The translations under genes were made by a program, and so were the position numbers. 64,000 nt of DNA, taken from the NCBI GenBank assembly GCA_963814345.1, contig CAWFCT010000022.1:171693-235692 (forward strand). Reading direction: 5' to 3'. This DNA is from an uncultured Gemmatimonadaceae bacterium. Its GTDB lineage: Bacteria > Gemmatimonadota > Gemmatimonadetes > Gemmatimonadales > Gemmatimonadaceae. Below the pieces are notes generated by a model, which was not told where the DNA came from, made no database searches, and saw only the letters and a program-made list of their open reading frames with translations. Positions 1 through 8,525 of the stretch are shown in pieces; positions within the stretch are counted from its first letter, which is position 1, and every line of letters begins with the position of its first letter.

Positions 1-552
1 GCCGTGGCGGCCGGGGTGCCCGACGTGGGCGAGAATCGCGTGCAGGAAGCGTTGCCGAAGATGGACGCGGTGTCGGTGGACGCGCGCTGGCACCTGATCG
101 GGCATCTGCAGCGAAACAAGGTGAAGGCGCTGGCGCGGTTCGTATTGCTGCATTCGCTGGACCGGCCCTCGTTGGCCGAGGCGGTCGATGCATTGGGACG
201 GTCGATGGACCGGATGTTCGACGTGCTGGTGCAGGTGAACGTATCCGGCGAAGGGAGTAAGGGCGGATACGCGCCCGCCGACTGGGCGGAGGCCGCGGAA
301 CGGTTGCGCGGCATGAGTGGCTTGCGGGTGCGGGGCGTGATGACGATGGCACCGCTCGAAGCGGGCGAGACGACGCTCCGATCGGTGTTCGCCGGCGCCC
401 GGCGGGCACGCGAGGTACTGCGGGCCGCGGGGCACGACGCGGGGATGTTGTCGATGGGGATGTCGAACGATTACGAGATCGCGGTGGAGGAGGGCGCCAC
501 CTGCGTTCGCCTGGGCACGGTCCTCTTCGGAGCCAGAGCGCATGATCGATGA
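1..552 (+). CDS. yggS: YggS/PLPBP-family pyridoxal-phosphate-binding protein, 5'-truncated at the window edge
   Basis: The frame of ORF 4..552 stays open back to nt 1. Motifs GENRVQEA, HLIGHLQRNK and SMGMSNDYEIAVEEGAT.VRLGT fit the YggS fold. The N-terminal ~50 aa, including the PLP lysine region, are missing. The stop TGA 550-552 overlaps the next start, ATG 542. Confidence 0.85.
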   Translation, partial: AVAAGVPDVGENRVQEALPKMDAVSVDARWHLIGHLQRNKVKALARFVLLHSLDRPSLAEAVDALGRSMDRMFDVLVQVNVSGEGSKGGYAPADWAEAAERLRGMSGLRVRGVMTMAPLEAGETTLRSVFAGARRAREVLRAAGHDAGMLSMGMSNDYEIAVEEGATCVRLGTVLFGARAHDR

Positions 553-1045
553 AACCTTTCATCTGACGCCACTCGACGTACGGCGCTACGACTTCGGCCG
601 GGCGCTGCGTGGGTACGACCCCGAACGCGTCGATCAATTCCGCGAGCAGGTGGCCGAGGAACTGGAGCGGCTGACCCGCCTCAACCAGGAATTGGAAGCC
701 AAGGCCAAGGGATTTCACGAGCAGCTTCGCGCCTTCCGCGAGCGCGACAAAGCGTTGAACGATGCGCTGGTGTCGGCGCAGCAACTGCGTTCCGAAATCG
801 CGGAGCAGGCCGAACGCGAGGGACAGTTGGTGATCCGCGAGGCGCGGGCCGAAGGCGACCGCCTGCTCGATCAGGCCCGTTCCGATCTCCGCCAGTTGGA
901 GCACCAACTGGACAACCTGCAACGCACCCGGCGGGCGTACATCGCGCAGTTCCGCGCGCTGATCGACCGGCAAATGGCCGATCTCTCCGCCGCCCTCGAG
1001 CCCAGTGAGACCGACGTAGCGCCGGGCTCGAACGGGGACGTCTGA
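542..1045 (+). CDS. divIVA: DivIVA-domain cell-division/polarity protein
   Basis: The N-terminus LTPLDVRRYDFGRALRGYDPERVDQFREQVAEELERL is the canonical DivIVA lipid-binding head, followed by coiled-coil-like sequence. The position directly after yggS is a common arrangement. Confidence 0.8.
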   Translation: MIDETFHLTPLDVRRYDFGRALRGYDPERVDQFREQVAEELERLTRLNQELEAKAKGFHEQLRAFRERDKALNDALVSAQQLRSEIAEQAEREGQLVIREARAEGDRLLDQARSDLRQLEHQLDNLQRTRRAYIAQFRALIDRQMADLSAALEPSETDVAPGSNGDV

Positions 1046-1056
1046 CGACCGATCGT

Positions 1057-1905
1057 ATGACGACGCACGCTTCGCCGACCATCGACCAGCCGCTGGCCGC
1101 GCAGATCCGGGCTGCCGCCGCCGTCATCCACGGTCGGTTCCCGGCGCGGCCGCACGCCGCGATCATCCTCGGCACCGGGCTGGGGCGCCTGGCGGAGGAG
1201 ATCACGCTGGAGGCCGTCATCCCGTATGCGGAGATCCCCGGCTTTCCGGTGCCGACGGTGGAGGCGCACCGCGGACGCCTGCTCTGCGGCACGCTGGCCG
1301 GAAAGACCGTGGTCGCCATGCAGGGACGGTTCCACCGCTACGAGGGGTACTCGCTGCAGCAGGTCACGCTGCCGGTGCGGGTGCTGCACGCGCTGGGCGC
1401 GCCGGCACTCGTCGTATCGAATGCCTGCGGCGGAATGAATCCGGCCTGGGCGCCGGGCGACCTGATGCTGATCACCGACCACATCAACCTGCTCGGCGAC
1501 AACCCGCTGGTCGGGCCGAACGACGACGCGTTGGGCCCGCGATTCCCCGACATGTCGGCCCCATACGATCCGGCACTGCAGGCGCTGGCGCGTGAGGTCG
1601 CGCGCGCCGAGGGGCTGACGTTGCGCGAAGGGGTGTACGTGTCGGTGATGGGGCCGAATCTCGAGACGCGCGCCGAGTACCGGATGCTGCGGCGACTGGG
1701 TGCCGACGCGGTGGGCATGTCCACCGTGCCGGAGGTGATCGTCGCCGTGCACGAGGGCATGCGCGTGCTCGGCCTTTCGATCATCACCGACGACTGCATT
1801 CCCGAAACGCTGACGCCCACCAGCCTGGCCGACGTGATCGCGGTGGCGGGTGCGGCGGAACCCAAACTTGGCCGGCTGGTGCACGGCGTGCTGGAGCGGA
1901 TGTGA
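1057..1905 (+). CDS. punA: Purine nucleoside phosphorylase (PunA/PNP family I)
   Basis: Motifs ILGTGLG, GRFHRYEGY, NACGG, RFPDMS and VGMSTVPEV. ATG start at 1057. The stop overlaps the ileS start (GTGA at 1902-1905). Confidence 0.85.
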   Translation: MTTHASPTIDQPLAAQIRAAAAVIHGRFPARPHAAIILGTGLGRLAEEITLEAVIPYAEIPGFPVPTVEAHRGRLLCGTLAGKTVVAMQGRFHRYEGYSLQQVTLPVRVLHALGAPALVVSNACGGMNPAWAPGDLMLITDHINLLGDNPLVGPNDDALGPRFPDMSAPYDPALQALAREVARAEGLTLREGVYVSVMGPNLETRAEYRMLRRLGADAVGMSTVPEVIVAVHEGMRVLGLSIITDDCIPETLTPTSLADVIAVAGAAEPKLGRLVHGVLERM

Positions 1906-4900
1906 CGAGCGCTCCCGAAACGGCGCGGTTCGCCATGCTGGCCGCCGATCAGGCGGCGGACGACCTCGAGCGCGAGGTGCTGGCGCGCTGGGAGGCCGAG
2001 GATCTCTTCGCGCGCACCCTGGCCGTGGCCGAGGGCCGGCCTTCGTTCGTGTTCTTCGAAGGACCGCCCACGGCGAACGGACGCCCCGGGATCCATCACG
2101 TCTTCTCGCGCACGATCAAGGACCTCTTCTGCCGCCACCGCGCGATGAAGGGGTTCCGGGTGGAGCGCAAGGCGGGGTGGGACACGCACGGGCTGCCGGT
2201 GGAAATCGAGGTGGAGAAGCGACTCGGCATCAGCGGCAAGCAGCAGATCGAGGCGCTGGGGGTGGCCGAGTTCAACCGGCTGAGCCGGGAGAGCGTGTTC
2301 ACCTACCGCGCCGACTGGGAGAAGCTCAGCGCCCGCATCGGGTACTGGCTGGACTACGCGCACCCATACGTGACCTACCACAACGAGTACGTGGAGAGCG
2401 TGTGGTGGGCGCTGAAGACGCTGCACGGCAAGGGCTACCTGTACCGCGGGCACAAGATTCTGCCCTACTGCCCGCGCTGCGGCACGGCGCTGTCGAGCCA
2501 CGAGGTGGCGCAGGGGTACGAGGACGTGGACGACCCGAGCGTGTACGTGGCGCTGGACCTGGTCGCCGACGGGGCCGCGCCGGGGGCGGACGGTCGCCGT
2601 ATTCTCGTCTGGACCACCACGCCGTGGACGCTGGTGTCGAACACCGCGCTCGCCGTGCATCCCGACCTCGCGTACATCGAACTCGTGCGCCAGGAAGGCG
2701 ACGACCGGCGCTCCGTGATCCTGGCGGAGTCGCGGGTCAAGGCGGTGTTGGGCGAGGACTTCGCCACGCGATGGAAGCTCGTCCGGTTGCTGCGCGGCGC
2801 CGAACTGGTGGGGCTGCGCTACCGCCGTCCGATCGACTGGCTGCCCTATCCGCCGGGCGAGCATGAAGTGATCGTGGGTGAGGACTTCGTATCGGCAGAG
2901 GACGGCACCGGCGTGGTGCACATGTCGCCGGCCTTCGGCGCCGACGACTACGCGGCCGGGCAGCGCCACGGCCTCGCCTTCCTCCAGCCGGTCAACGCGC
3001 AGGGCGAGTTTCCGGCCGAGCTTCCGCTCGTCGGCGGGAAGTTCGTGAAGGACGCCGATCCGCTGCTCATCGAGGAATTGAAGCGCCGCGGCGTGCTGTG
3101 GAAGGCGGGCAAGATCACGCACGCCTATCCCCACTGCTGGCGGTGTGGCACGCCCCTGCTGTACTACGCCCGGACGTCGTGGTTCGTGAAGACCACGGCG
3201 TATCGCGACCAGATGCTGGCGCGCAACGCCCGCGTCGATTGGCATCCGCCCGAGGTGGGGGAGGGGCGGTTCGGCGAGTGGCTCAAGAACAACATCGACT
3301 GGGCGATCTCGCGCGACCGGTACTGGGGCACGCCGTTGCCCGTCTGGGTGTGCGACGCCGACGATTCGCACGTCGACGTCGTGGGCGGCTTCGCCGAACT
3401 GGCGCGGCGCTCCGGCGCCACGCTGCCCGGCGACTTCGACCCGCACAAACCACACGTGGACGGCTACGCCTGGGCGTGCCCGCAGTCCGGCTGCGCCGGT
3501 ACCATGCGCCGCGTGCCGGAAGTGATCGATACGTGGTTCGACTCGGGCTCGATGTCGTTCGCGCAGTGGGGCTATCCGCACCGACCCGGCAGCCGGGAAG
3601 ACCTGGCGCGGCAGTATCCAGCCGACTTCATCGCCGAGGGTGTCGACCAGACGCGCGGCTGGTTCTACTCGCTGCTCGCCATCGCCACCGGCCTCGACGA
3701 CGCGCTCCCCAACAATGCGGGCGCCTCGACGCGCGCCCCGGGTGCAACGCCGGCGCCCTACGGCCACGTCGTGGTCAACGACCTCGTGCTCGACGCCGAC
3801 GGCCAGAAGATGTCGAAGAGCAAGGGAAACGTGGTCGACCCGTGGTCGGTGATCGCCGAATACGGCGCCGACGCCGTGCGCCTCTTCCTCGTGGCATCGT
3901 CCGACGTTTCGGTGCCACGCAAGTTCGACGAGCGCGCGATTCGCGAACAGGCGGTGCGATTCCTGCTCACGCTCAGGAACGTCTACAGCGGCATGTTCGC
4001 GCAGTACGCCAACTACGGGTGGGAACCGTCGCCGGCCGACCCGCCCCTCGCCGCGCGGCCGCCGATGGACCGGTGGATGCTGTCGCGGCTGGCCGAGGTG
4101 GAGCAGCAGGTGGACGGCGCGCTCGAACGCTACGACGCGACGGCCGCCGCGCGGCTGCTCATCCGGTTCGTGGACGACGACCTGGCCAACTGGTACGTGC
4201 GGTTGAGCCGCGCCCGATTCTACGACGTGGACGGCGAGGACAACCGGGCCGCGTTCGCCACGCTGCACGACGTCCTCGTCACCACCTGCCGGCTGCTGGC
4301 GCCGCTGGCCCCGTTCCTGAGCGACTGGATGCACCGCGAGCTCACCGAGGGGTCGGTGCACCTGGCGCCCTACGTGCGGGCCGAGCCGGCCCCGCGCGAT
4401 CAGGACCTGGAACGGGCGATGAGCGCGGTGCGGATGCTGGCCAAGCTTGGCCGTGCGGCGCGCGAGGCGGCCGGGGTCAAGGTGCGGCAGCCGCTGACGC
4501 GGATGGTATGTGTGGCGCCCGACGTCCCCGATGCGGCGTTGGCGCCGTTGGTGCCGTTGCTGGCCAACGAACTGAACGTCAAACGAGTAGACTTCGCGCG
4601 CACCAGCGACGCGCTGGTCACGTTGGAGGCGAAGCCGAACTTCCGCAGCCTGGGCAAGAAATTCGGCAAGCAGACGCCGCTGGCCGCGCAGGCGATTCAG
4701 GCGTTCACGAACGACGCGTTGCGAGATTTCCTGGCGGGCTCGCCGCTGGCGGTGTCGGCCGGCGGGGAGTCGCACCAGTTGGAGGCCGAGGACGTCACGA
4801 TCGTGCGACGCGCCTCGGGCGAACTTGTGGTGCAGGAGGAAGCCGGTTTCTTTGCGGCGCTCGACCCATCGGTCCCGCCGGCCCTCCGGCTGGAGGGACT

Positions 4901-5159
4901 GGCCCGGGAGCTGGTGAGCCGCATCCAGCGGCTGCGGAAGGAGTCGGGGCTTGCGGTGAGCGATCGCATCGTCTTGTATGTCGGCGGCGATGCGGAGGTT
5001 CAAGCCGCGGTCCAGGCGCACAGTGGATGGATTGGCAGTGAGGTGCTGGCGACGCGTGTGGTGTGGCGCGACGACGGCATGACCGACGATCAGGCGACGA
5101 TGCCGACCGTGGAAATCGACGAGACCACGGCACGGATCGCCATAACCAAGGCGGAGTAG
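1902..5159 (+). CDS. ileS: Isoleucine--tRNA ligase
   Basis: 1085 aa. HIGH-type motif (PTANGRPGIHHVFSR), KMSKS motif (KMSKSKGN), a CP1 editing region and a C-terminal anticodon-binding region. GTG start at 1902. Confidence 0.95.
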   Translation: MTSAPETARFAMLAADQAADDLEREVLARWEAEDLFARTLAVAEGRPSFVFFEGPPTANGRPGIHHVFSRTIKDLFCRHRAMKGFRVERKAGWDTHGLPVEIEVEKRLGISGKQQIEALGVAEFNRLSRESVFTYRADWEKLSARIGYWLDYAHPYVTYHNEYVESVWWALKTLHGKGYLYRGHKILPYCPRCGTALSSHEVAQGYEDVDDPSVYVALDLVADGAAPGADGRRILVWTTTPWTLVSNTALAVHPDLAYIELVRQEGDDRRSVILAESRVKAVLGEDFATRWKLVRLLRGAELVGLRYRRPIDWLPYPPGEHEVIVGEDFVSAEDGTGVVHMSPAFGADDYAAGQRHGLAFLQPVNAQGEFPAELPLVGGKFVKDADPLLIEELKRRGVLWKAGKITHAYPHCWRCGTPLLYYARTSWFVKTTAYRDQMLARNARVDWHPPEVGEGRFGEWLKNNIDWAISRDRYWGTPLPVWVCDADDSHVDVVGGFAELARRSGATLPGDFDPHKPHVDGYAWACPQSGCAGTMRRVPEVIDTWFDSGSMSFAQWGYPHRPGSREDLARQYPADFIAEGVDQTRGWFYSLLAIATGLDDALPNNAGASTRAPGATPAPYGHVVVNDLVLDADGQKMSKSKGNVVDPWSVIAEYGADAVRLFLVASSDVSVPRKFDERAIREQAVRFLLTLRNVYSGMFAQYANYGWEPSPADPPLAARPPMDRWMLSRLAEVEQQVDGALERYDATAAARLLIRFVDDDLANWYVRLSRARFYDVDGEDNRAAFATLHDVLVTTCRLLAPLAPFLSDWMHRELTEGSVHLAPYVRAEPAPRDQDLERAMSAVRMLAKLGRAAREAAGVKVRQPLTRMVCVAPDVPDAALAPLVPLLANELNVKRVDFARTSDALVTLEAKPNFRSLGKKFGKQTPLAAQAIQAFTNDALRDFLAGSPLAVSAGGESHQLEAEDVTIVRRASGELVVQEEAGFFAALDPSVPPALRLEGLARELVSRIQRLRKESGLAVSDRIVLYVGGDAEVQAAVQAHSGWIGSEVLATRVVWRDDGMTDDQATMPTVEIDETTARIAITKAE

Positions 5160-5160
5160 C

Positions 5161-5574
5161 ATGGCCACCAAGAGCGTGAAGAAGGCGAAGGGGATGACCA
5201 AGAAGCAGCTCCAGCACTTCGAGAAGCGTCTCCTCGAGGAGCGCCGGCGTGTCCTGAAGGAACTGGGACAGTACGACGAGGCCTTCGGCGCCACGCAGCA
5301 GTCGGCGGACGGCGGACTGAGCAGCTATTCGTTCCACATGGCGGATCAGGGGACCGACGCCATGGAGCGCGAGAAGGCATTCCTGTTCGCGAGCCAGGAA
5401 GGGCGGTTCCTGTGGCACATCGACGAAGCGATCCGGCGGCTGTACCGCGCGCCGGAGAGCTACGGCCACTGTCATTCCTGCGGCAACCTGATCGGCTTCG
5501 AGCGCCTCGATGCACTGCCGCACGCGCGCTACTGCATCGAATGCAAACAGCGTGAGGAAGATGGCAAGAAATAA
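5161..5574 (+). CDS. DksA/TraR-family C4 zinc-finger protein
   Basis: 137 aa with a C-terminal CHSCGNLIGFERLDALPHARYCIECK four-Cys finger. The location between ileS and lspA is common. Confidence 0.8.
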   Translation: MATKSVKKAKGMTKKQLQHFEKRLLEERRRVLKELGQYDEAFGATQQSADGGLSSYSFHMADQGTDAMEREKAFLFASQEGRFLWHIDEAIRRLYRAPESYGHCHSCGNLIGFERLDALPHARYCIECKQREEDGKK

Positions 5575-6103
5575 GGCCCTGCTGTTCTGGCCGGTGCTGT
5601 TCGCGGTGACGGTGAGCGATGCCGCCACCAAGGCGCTGGCCCAGCGCTGGCTGCCCCTGCCGGATCTGCCGCACGAGGTGCTCGGGAACACCGTGCGGTT
5701 CACGCTGGTGTACAACCCGGGCGCGGCGTTCGGCATCACCTTCGGCGGCTATTCCCGCTGGATCTTCATGGCGCTGACCATCGTCGCCCTGGTGATCCTG
5801 GCGCGGCTGTACGCCGGCACGCGGCACGGCAACGTCCCCCGCACGCTGGCCCTCGCGCTCGTCTGCGGAGGAGCGCTCGGCAACCTCATGGACCGCGTGT
5901 GGTCGCCCATGGGGGTGGTCGACTTCATCGACATCGGGCTGCGCAGCGCGCGCTGGCCCACGTTCAACGTCGCCGACCTGGCGGTGAGCGTCGGCGCGGT
6001 GCTGCTGGCGGTCGTGCTCTGGGGCGAGGACCGCGATGCCGTCGCGGCGGCACGCCGGGTCCCGTCTCCCCTCCGCGAGCCCTCCGCGGGCGAGATCTCC
6101 TGA
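5561..6103 (+). CDS. lspA: Lipoprotein signal peptidase II, copy 1
   Basis: I chose the internal ATG at 5561 (MARNKALLFWPVLFAV...), which overlaps the preceding stop. Motifs YNPGAAFG, GNLMDRV, VVDFID and FNVADLAVSVG are present, so both catalytic Asp contexts are retained. Confidence 0.85.
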   Translation: MARNKALLFWPVLFAVTVSDAATKALAQRWLPLPDLPHEVLGNTVRFTLVYNPGAAFGITFGGYSRWIFMALTIVALVILARLYAGTRHGNVPRTLALALVCGGALGNLMDRVWSPMGVVDFIDIGLRSARWPTFNVADLAVSVGAVLLAVVLWGEDRDAVAAARRVPSPLREPSAGEIS

Positions 6104-6113
6104 CTCCCGGCTC

Positions 6114-6614
6114 ATGACCAGCGAATCTTCCAACGGCCGCCTGTTCTGGACCGCCGCCGTGAGCGTCGTGGTGCTCGACGTGATCACCAAGACGCTGGCC
6201 GTGAAGTACCTGACGCCCTACGTCGCGCGCGACGTGTTCGGCTCGTTCGGCCGCCTCACGCTCGCCTACAATCGGGGCGCGGCCTTCAGCATGTCCCTCG
6301 GCGCGTATTCGCGCGTGGCGTTCGGCACCTTCGCGGCACTGGCCCTGGTGGTGCTGTGGTGGATGCACCGCGACGCGAAGCCGGGCGAACGCCTGAAGGT
6401 GATCGGGCTCGGCCTGGCCTGGGGCGGCGCCGCCGGCAACCTCATCGACCGGATTCGTTCCCCCCGCGGCGTGGTGGACTTCATCGACCTCGGCGTCGGC
6501 TCGGTTCGGTTCTGGACGTTCAACGTGGCCGACTCCGGGGTCACGATCGGCGCCTGCATGCTGGCCATCGCGCTCTGGATGGAAGAGCGGCACCGGCTGC
6601 AATCGCGTGAGTGA
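6114..6614 (+). CDS. lspA: Lipoprotein signal peptidase II, copy 2 (tandem paralog)
   Basis: I chose the ATG at 6114 (MTSESSNGRLFWTAAVSVVVLDVITK). Motifs YNRGAAFS, GNLIDRI, VVDFIDLG and FNVADSGVTIG are present. It begins 10 nt after copy 1 ends. Confidence 0.85.
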   Translation: MTSESSNGRLFWTAAVSVVVLDVITKTLAVKYLTPYVARDVFGSFGRLTLAYNRGAAFSMSLGAYSRVAFGTFAALALVVLWWMHRDAKPGERLKVIGLGLAWGGAAGNLIDRIRSPRGVVDFIDLGVGSVRFWTFNVADSGVTIGACMLAIALWMEERHRLQSRE

Positions 6615-7595
6615 GCGCGCCCCGCGCCACGAACGCTTCGAGGCAGCCCCGGGGGCGCCGCGCCTGGACCTGCTGGTCGCCAGCCAACTCGACATCTCCC
6701 GCAACCAGGCCGCCACGCTGATTGCGGAGGGCCACGTGCTCGTGCAGGGACGGCGGCAGAAGGCCAGCTTCCGCGCCGACCCCGGCATGTGGGTCGAGGT
6801 CACGGTGCCCGCGCCACCGTCGCGCGACGTGCTGGCGGAGCAGATTCCCCTGACCGTCGCCTACGAAGACGACGACGTGCTGGTGATCGACAAGCCGGCC
6901 GGCATGGTCGTGCATCCGGCGCCGGGCAACTGGACGGGCACCCTCGTGAACGCGCTCAAGGGGCGCGGGGGGAGCTGGCGGACGGGGGAGACGCCGAGCG
7001 GGCGGGAATCGTGCACCGGCTGGACAAGGAAACGTCGGGACTCCTGCTCGTGGCCAAGACCGACCGCGCGCATCGCGTGCTCGGCGCCGCGCTCCAGCGG
7101 CGGGAGATCACGAGGCGGTACGCGGCGCTGTGCTGGGGCCATCTGTCGGCGGAACGGGTGGAGGTGGACAAGCCGGTGGCGCGCGATCCCAACGACCGCA
7201 AACGGATGGCGGTGGTCGCCGACGGGCGCGAGGCCAGGACCCTGTTCTACCGCCTGGCGCGATTCGACGCCGTCGACCTGCTGCGCGCCCACCTCTTCAC
7301 GGGGCGCACGCATCAGATCCGCGTCCACCTGGCCTCGATCGGGCATCCCGTGGTGGGCGACGACACCTACGGGGGCGGGGGAGGGCGGCGTCTGGTTTCC
7401 CTGCCGCCCAAACGGCATTTTCTCCACGCAGCCTGGTTGGCCTTCCGGCATCCGGTGACCGGGGCGCCGGTCGAGTTGCGCTCGCCTCTGCCCGACGATC
7501 TGCGGACGGCGGTCGTGGCCGCCGCCGGCCGTGACGCCACCTTCGGAGACGTTGACCCGCTGGAATATTTCGGCTTCTTCCGCGTTGATGACTGA
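6607..7595 (+). pseudogene. rluD: 23S rRNA pseudouridine synthase RluD (RluA family), split by an apparent 1-nt frameshift at a G6 run (6967-6972)
   Basis: The frame of ORF 6607.. encodes the S4 domain and ..VIDKPAGMVVHPAPGNWTGTLVNALKGRGG. The frame of ORF 6789.. continues ..ELADGGDAERAGIVHRLDKETSGLLLVAKT...GRTHQIRVHL. The two join only if the G run has 7 (or 4) G instead of 6. Confidence 0.8.
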
Positions 7596-8007
7596 GTCTG
7601 CCGAGCTACGGACGCTGCTGTTCCGTGTGGGGACCGTCGTGTACGGCTGCGACATCGCCGCCGTCCGCGAGATCGTCCCGGTCCGCGCGGCCACCCGGTT
7701 GCCGGGAACGCCTCCCTACGTGGACGGGCTGATCAACCTGCGGGGGACCATTCTCACGGTGATCGACCTGGGGGCGCGGATGGAGGGCCGCCGGTCGTCT
7801 GACGAGGAGGGCTCGGTGATCATCGTCCAGGTCGGGGGGCGCCACCTGGGCCTGGTGGTCGGCGACGTCATGGATGTGACGCTGATGCGGGTCGACCCAC
7901 CCCCCGAGGACCGGCGCGACGACGTGGTGCGGGGGCTGGGACATCTGGGCGACACAGTCGTCATAATAGTTGATATCCCGGTGTTGGTGGGGCAGGTGTT
8001 GCTTTGA
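7588..8007 (+). CDS. cheW: CheW-like coupling protein (CheW-1)
   Basis: CheW fold motifs: LLFRVGTVVYGCDIAAVREIV, PPYVDGLINLRGTILTVIDLG, IIVQVGGRHLGLVVGDV. I chose the ATG at 7588, which overlaps the rluD stop (ATGACTGA). Confidence 0.85.
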   Translation: MTESAELRTLLFRVGTVVYGCDIAAVREIVPVRAATRLPGTPPYVDGLINLRGTILTVIDLGARMEGRRSSDEEGSVIIVQVGGRHLGLVVGDVMDVTLMRVDPPPEDRRDDVVRGLGHLGDTVVIIVDIPVLVGQVLL

Positions 8008-8010
8008 CTT

Positions 8011-8038
8011 TCGGTAGGTCGGTAGGTCGGTAGGTCGG
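8011..8038 (+). repeat. Perfect tandem 8-mer (TCGGTAGG) x3.5, i.e. seven GG runs separated by 2 nt
   Basis: Read directly: tcggtaggtcggtaggtcggtaggtcgg. It starts 4 nt after the cheW-1 stop, in the only sizeable gap of the Che/Mgl cluster. Confidence 0.9.
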
Positions 8039-8154
8039 CGGCATGTCCGCCGCGCATCCCGACGGGTCGACCCACGGACACACCACCGGGGTCTCGGCAA
8101 GACCCAACGGGCGCATTGGGGCCCGCGACAGCTTGGTCCAGACAGGAGAGACAC

Positions 8155-8517
8155 GTGAGCCACACGGTGTTGATTTGCGACGATGCGATCTTCATGCGGA
8201 CGATGGTGGGAGACATCCTGCAGTCGGCCGGGTTCGAGATCGTGGGAGAGGCCGAGACGGGGCTGCAGGCGGTGGAGAAGTACAAGCAGCTGCGCCCCGA
8301 CCTCGTGACGATGGACATCGTGATGCCCGACATGGGCGGCATCGACGCCGTGCGAGAGATCATGCAGTTCGATTCGCAGGCGAAGATTCTCATGTGCAGC
8401 GCGATGGGGCAGCAGGCACTGGTGGTCGAGGCCATCCAGGCCGGGGCCAAGGACTTCGTCGTCAAGCCGTTCCAGCCTAGCCGCGTGCTCGAAGCCGTGC
8501 AGCGCGTTCTGAGATAG
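8155..8517 (+). CDS. cheY: CheY single-domain response regulator
   Basis: Motifs VLICDDAIFMR, phospho-acceptor context LVTMDIVMPDMGG, and AGAKDFVVKPF. I chose the GTG at 8155, preceded by AGGAGAG. The ORF-track start at 8116 would add a non-conserved N-terminal extension. Confidence 0.88.
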   Translation: MSHTVLICDDAIFMRTMVGDILQSAGFEIVGEAETGLQAVEKYKQLRPDLVTMDIVMPDMGGIDAVREIMQFDSQAKILMCSAMGQQALVVEAIQAGAKDFVVKPFQPSRVLEAVQRVLR

Positions 8518-8525
8518 TCGGAGCG

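Noticed and set aside
1338-5294. 1318-aa ORF on the minus strand spanning the whole ileS region
   Set aside because: It is antisense to an unambiguous ileS (HIGH and KMSKS motifs). The translation is Arg/Pro/Gly/Ala-rich low-complexity sequence, typical of stop-poor shadow frames in high-GC DNA.
8011-8038. Possible CRISPR or minisatellite
   Set aside because: The units are only 8 bp with no spacers, and there are no cas genes in the window. I treat it as a short tandem repeat or RNA element (see findings).
8043-8480. 145-aa ORF overlapping cheY in another frame
   Set aside because: The cheY frame has all receiver-domain motifs. This frame is Arg/Gly/Asp-rich with no features.
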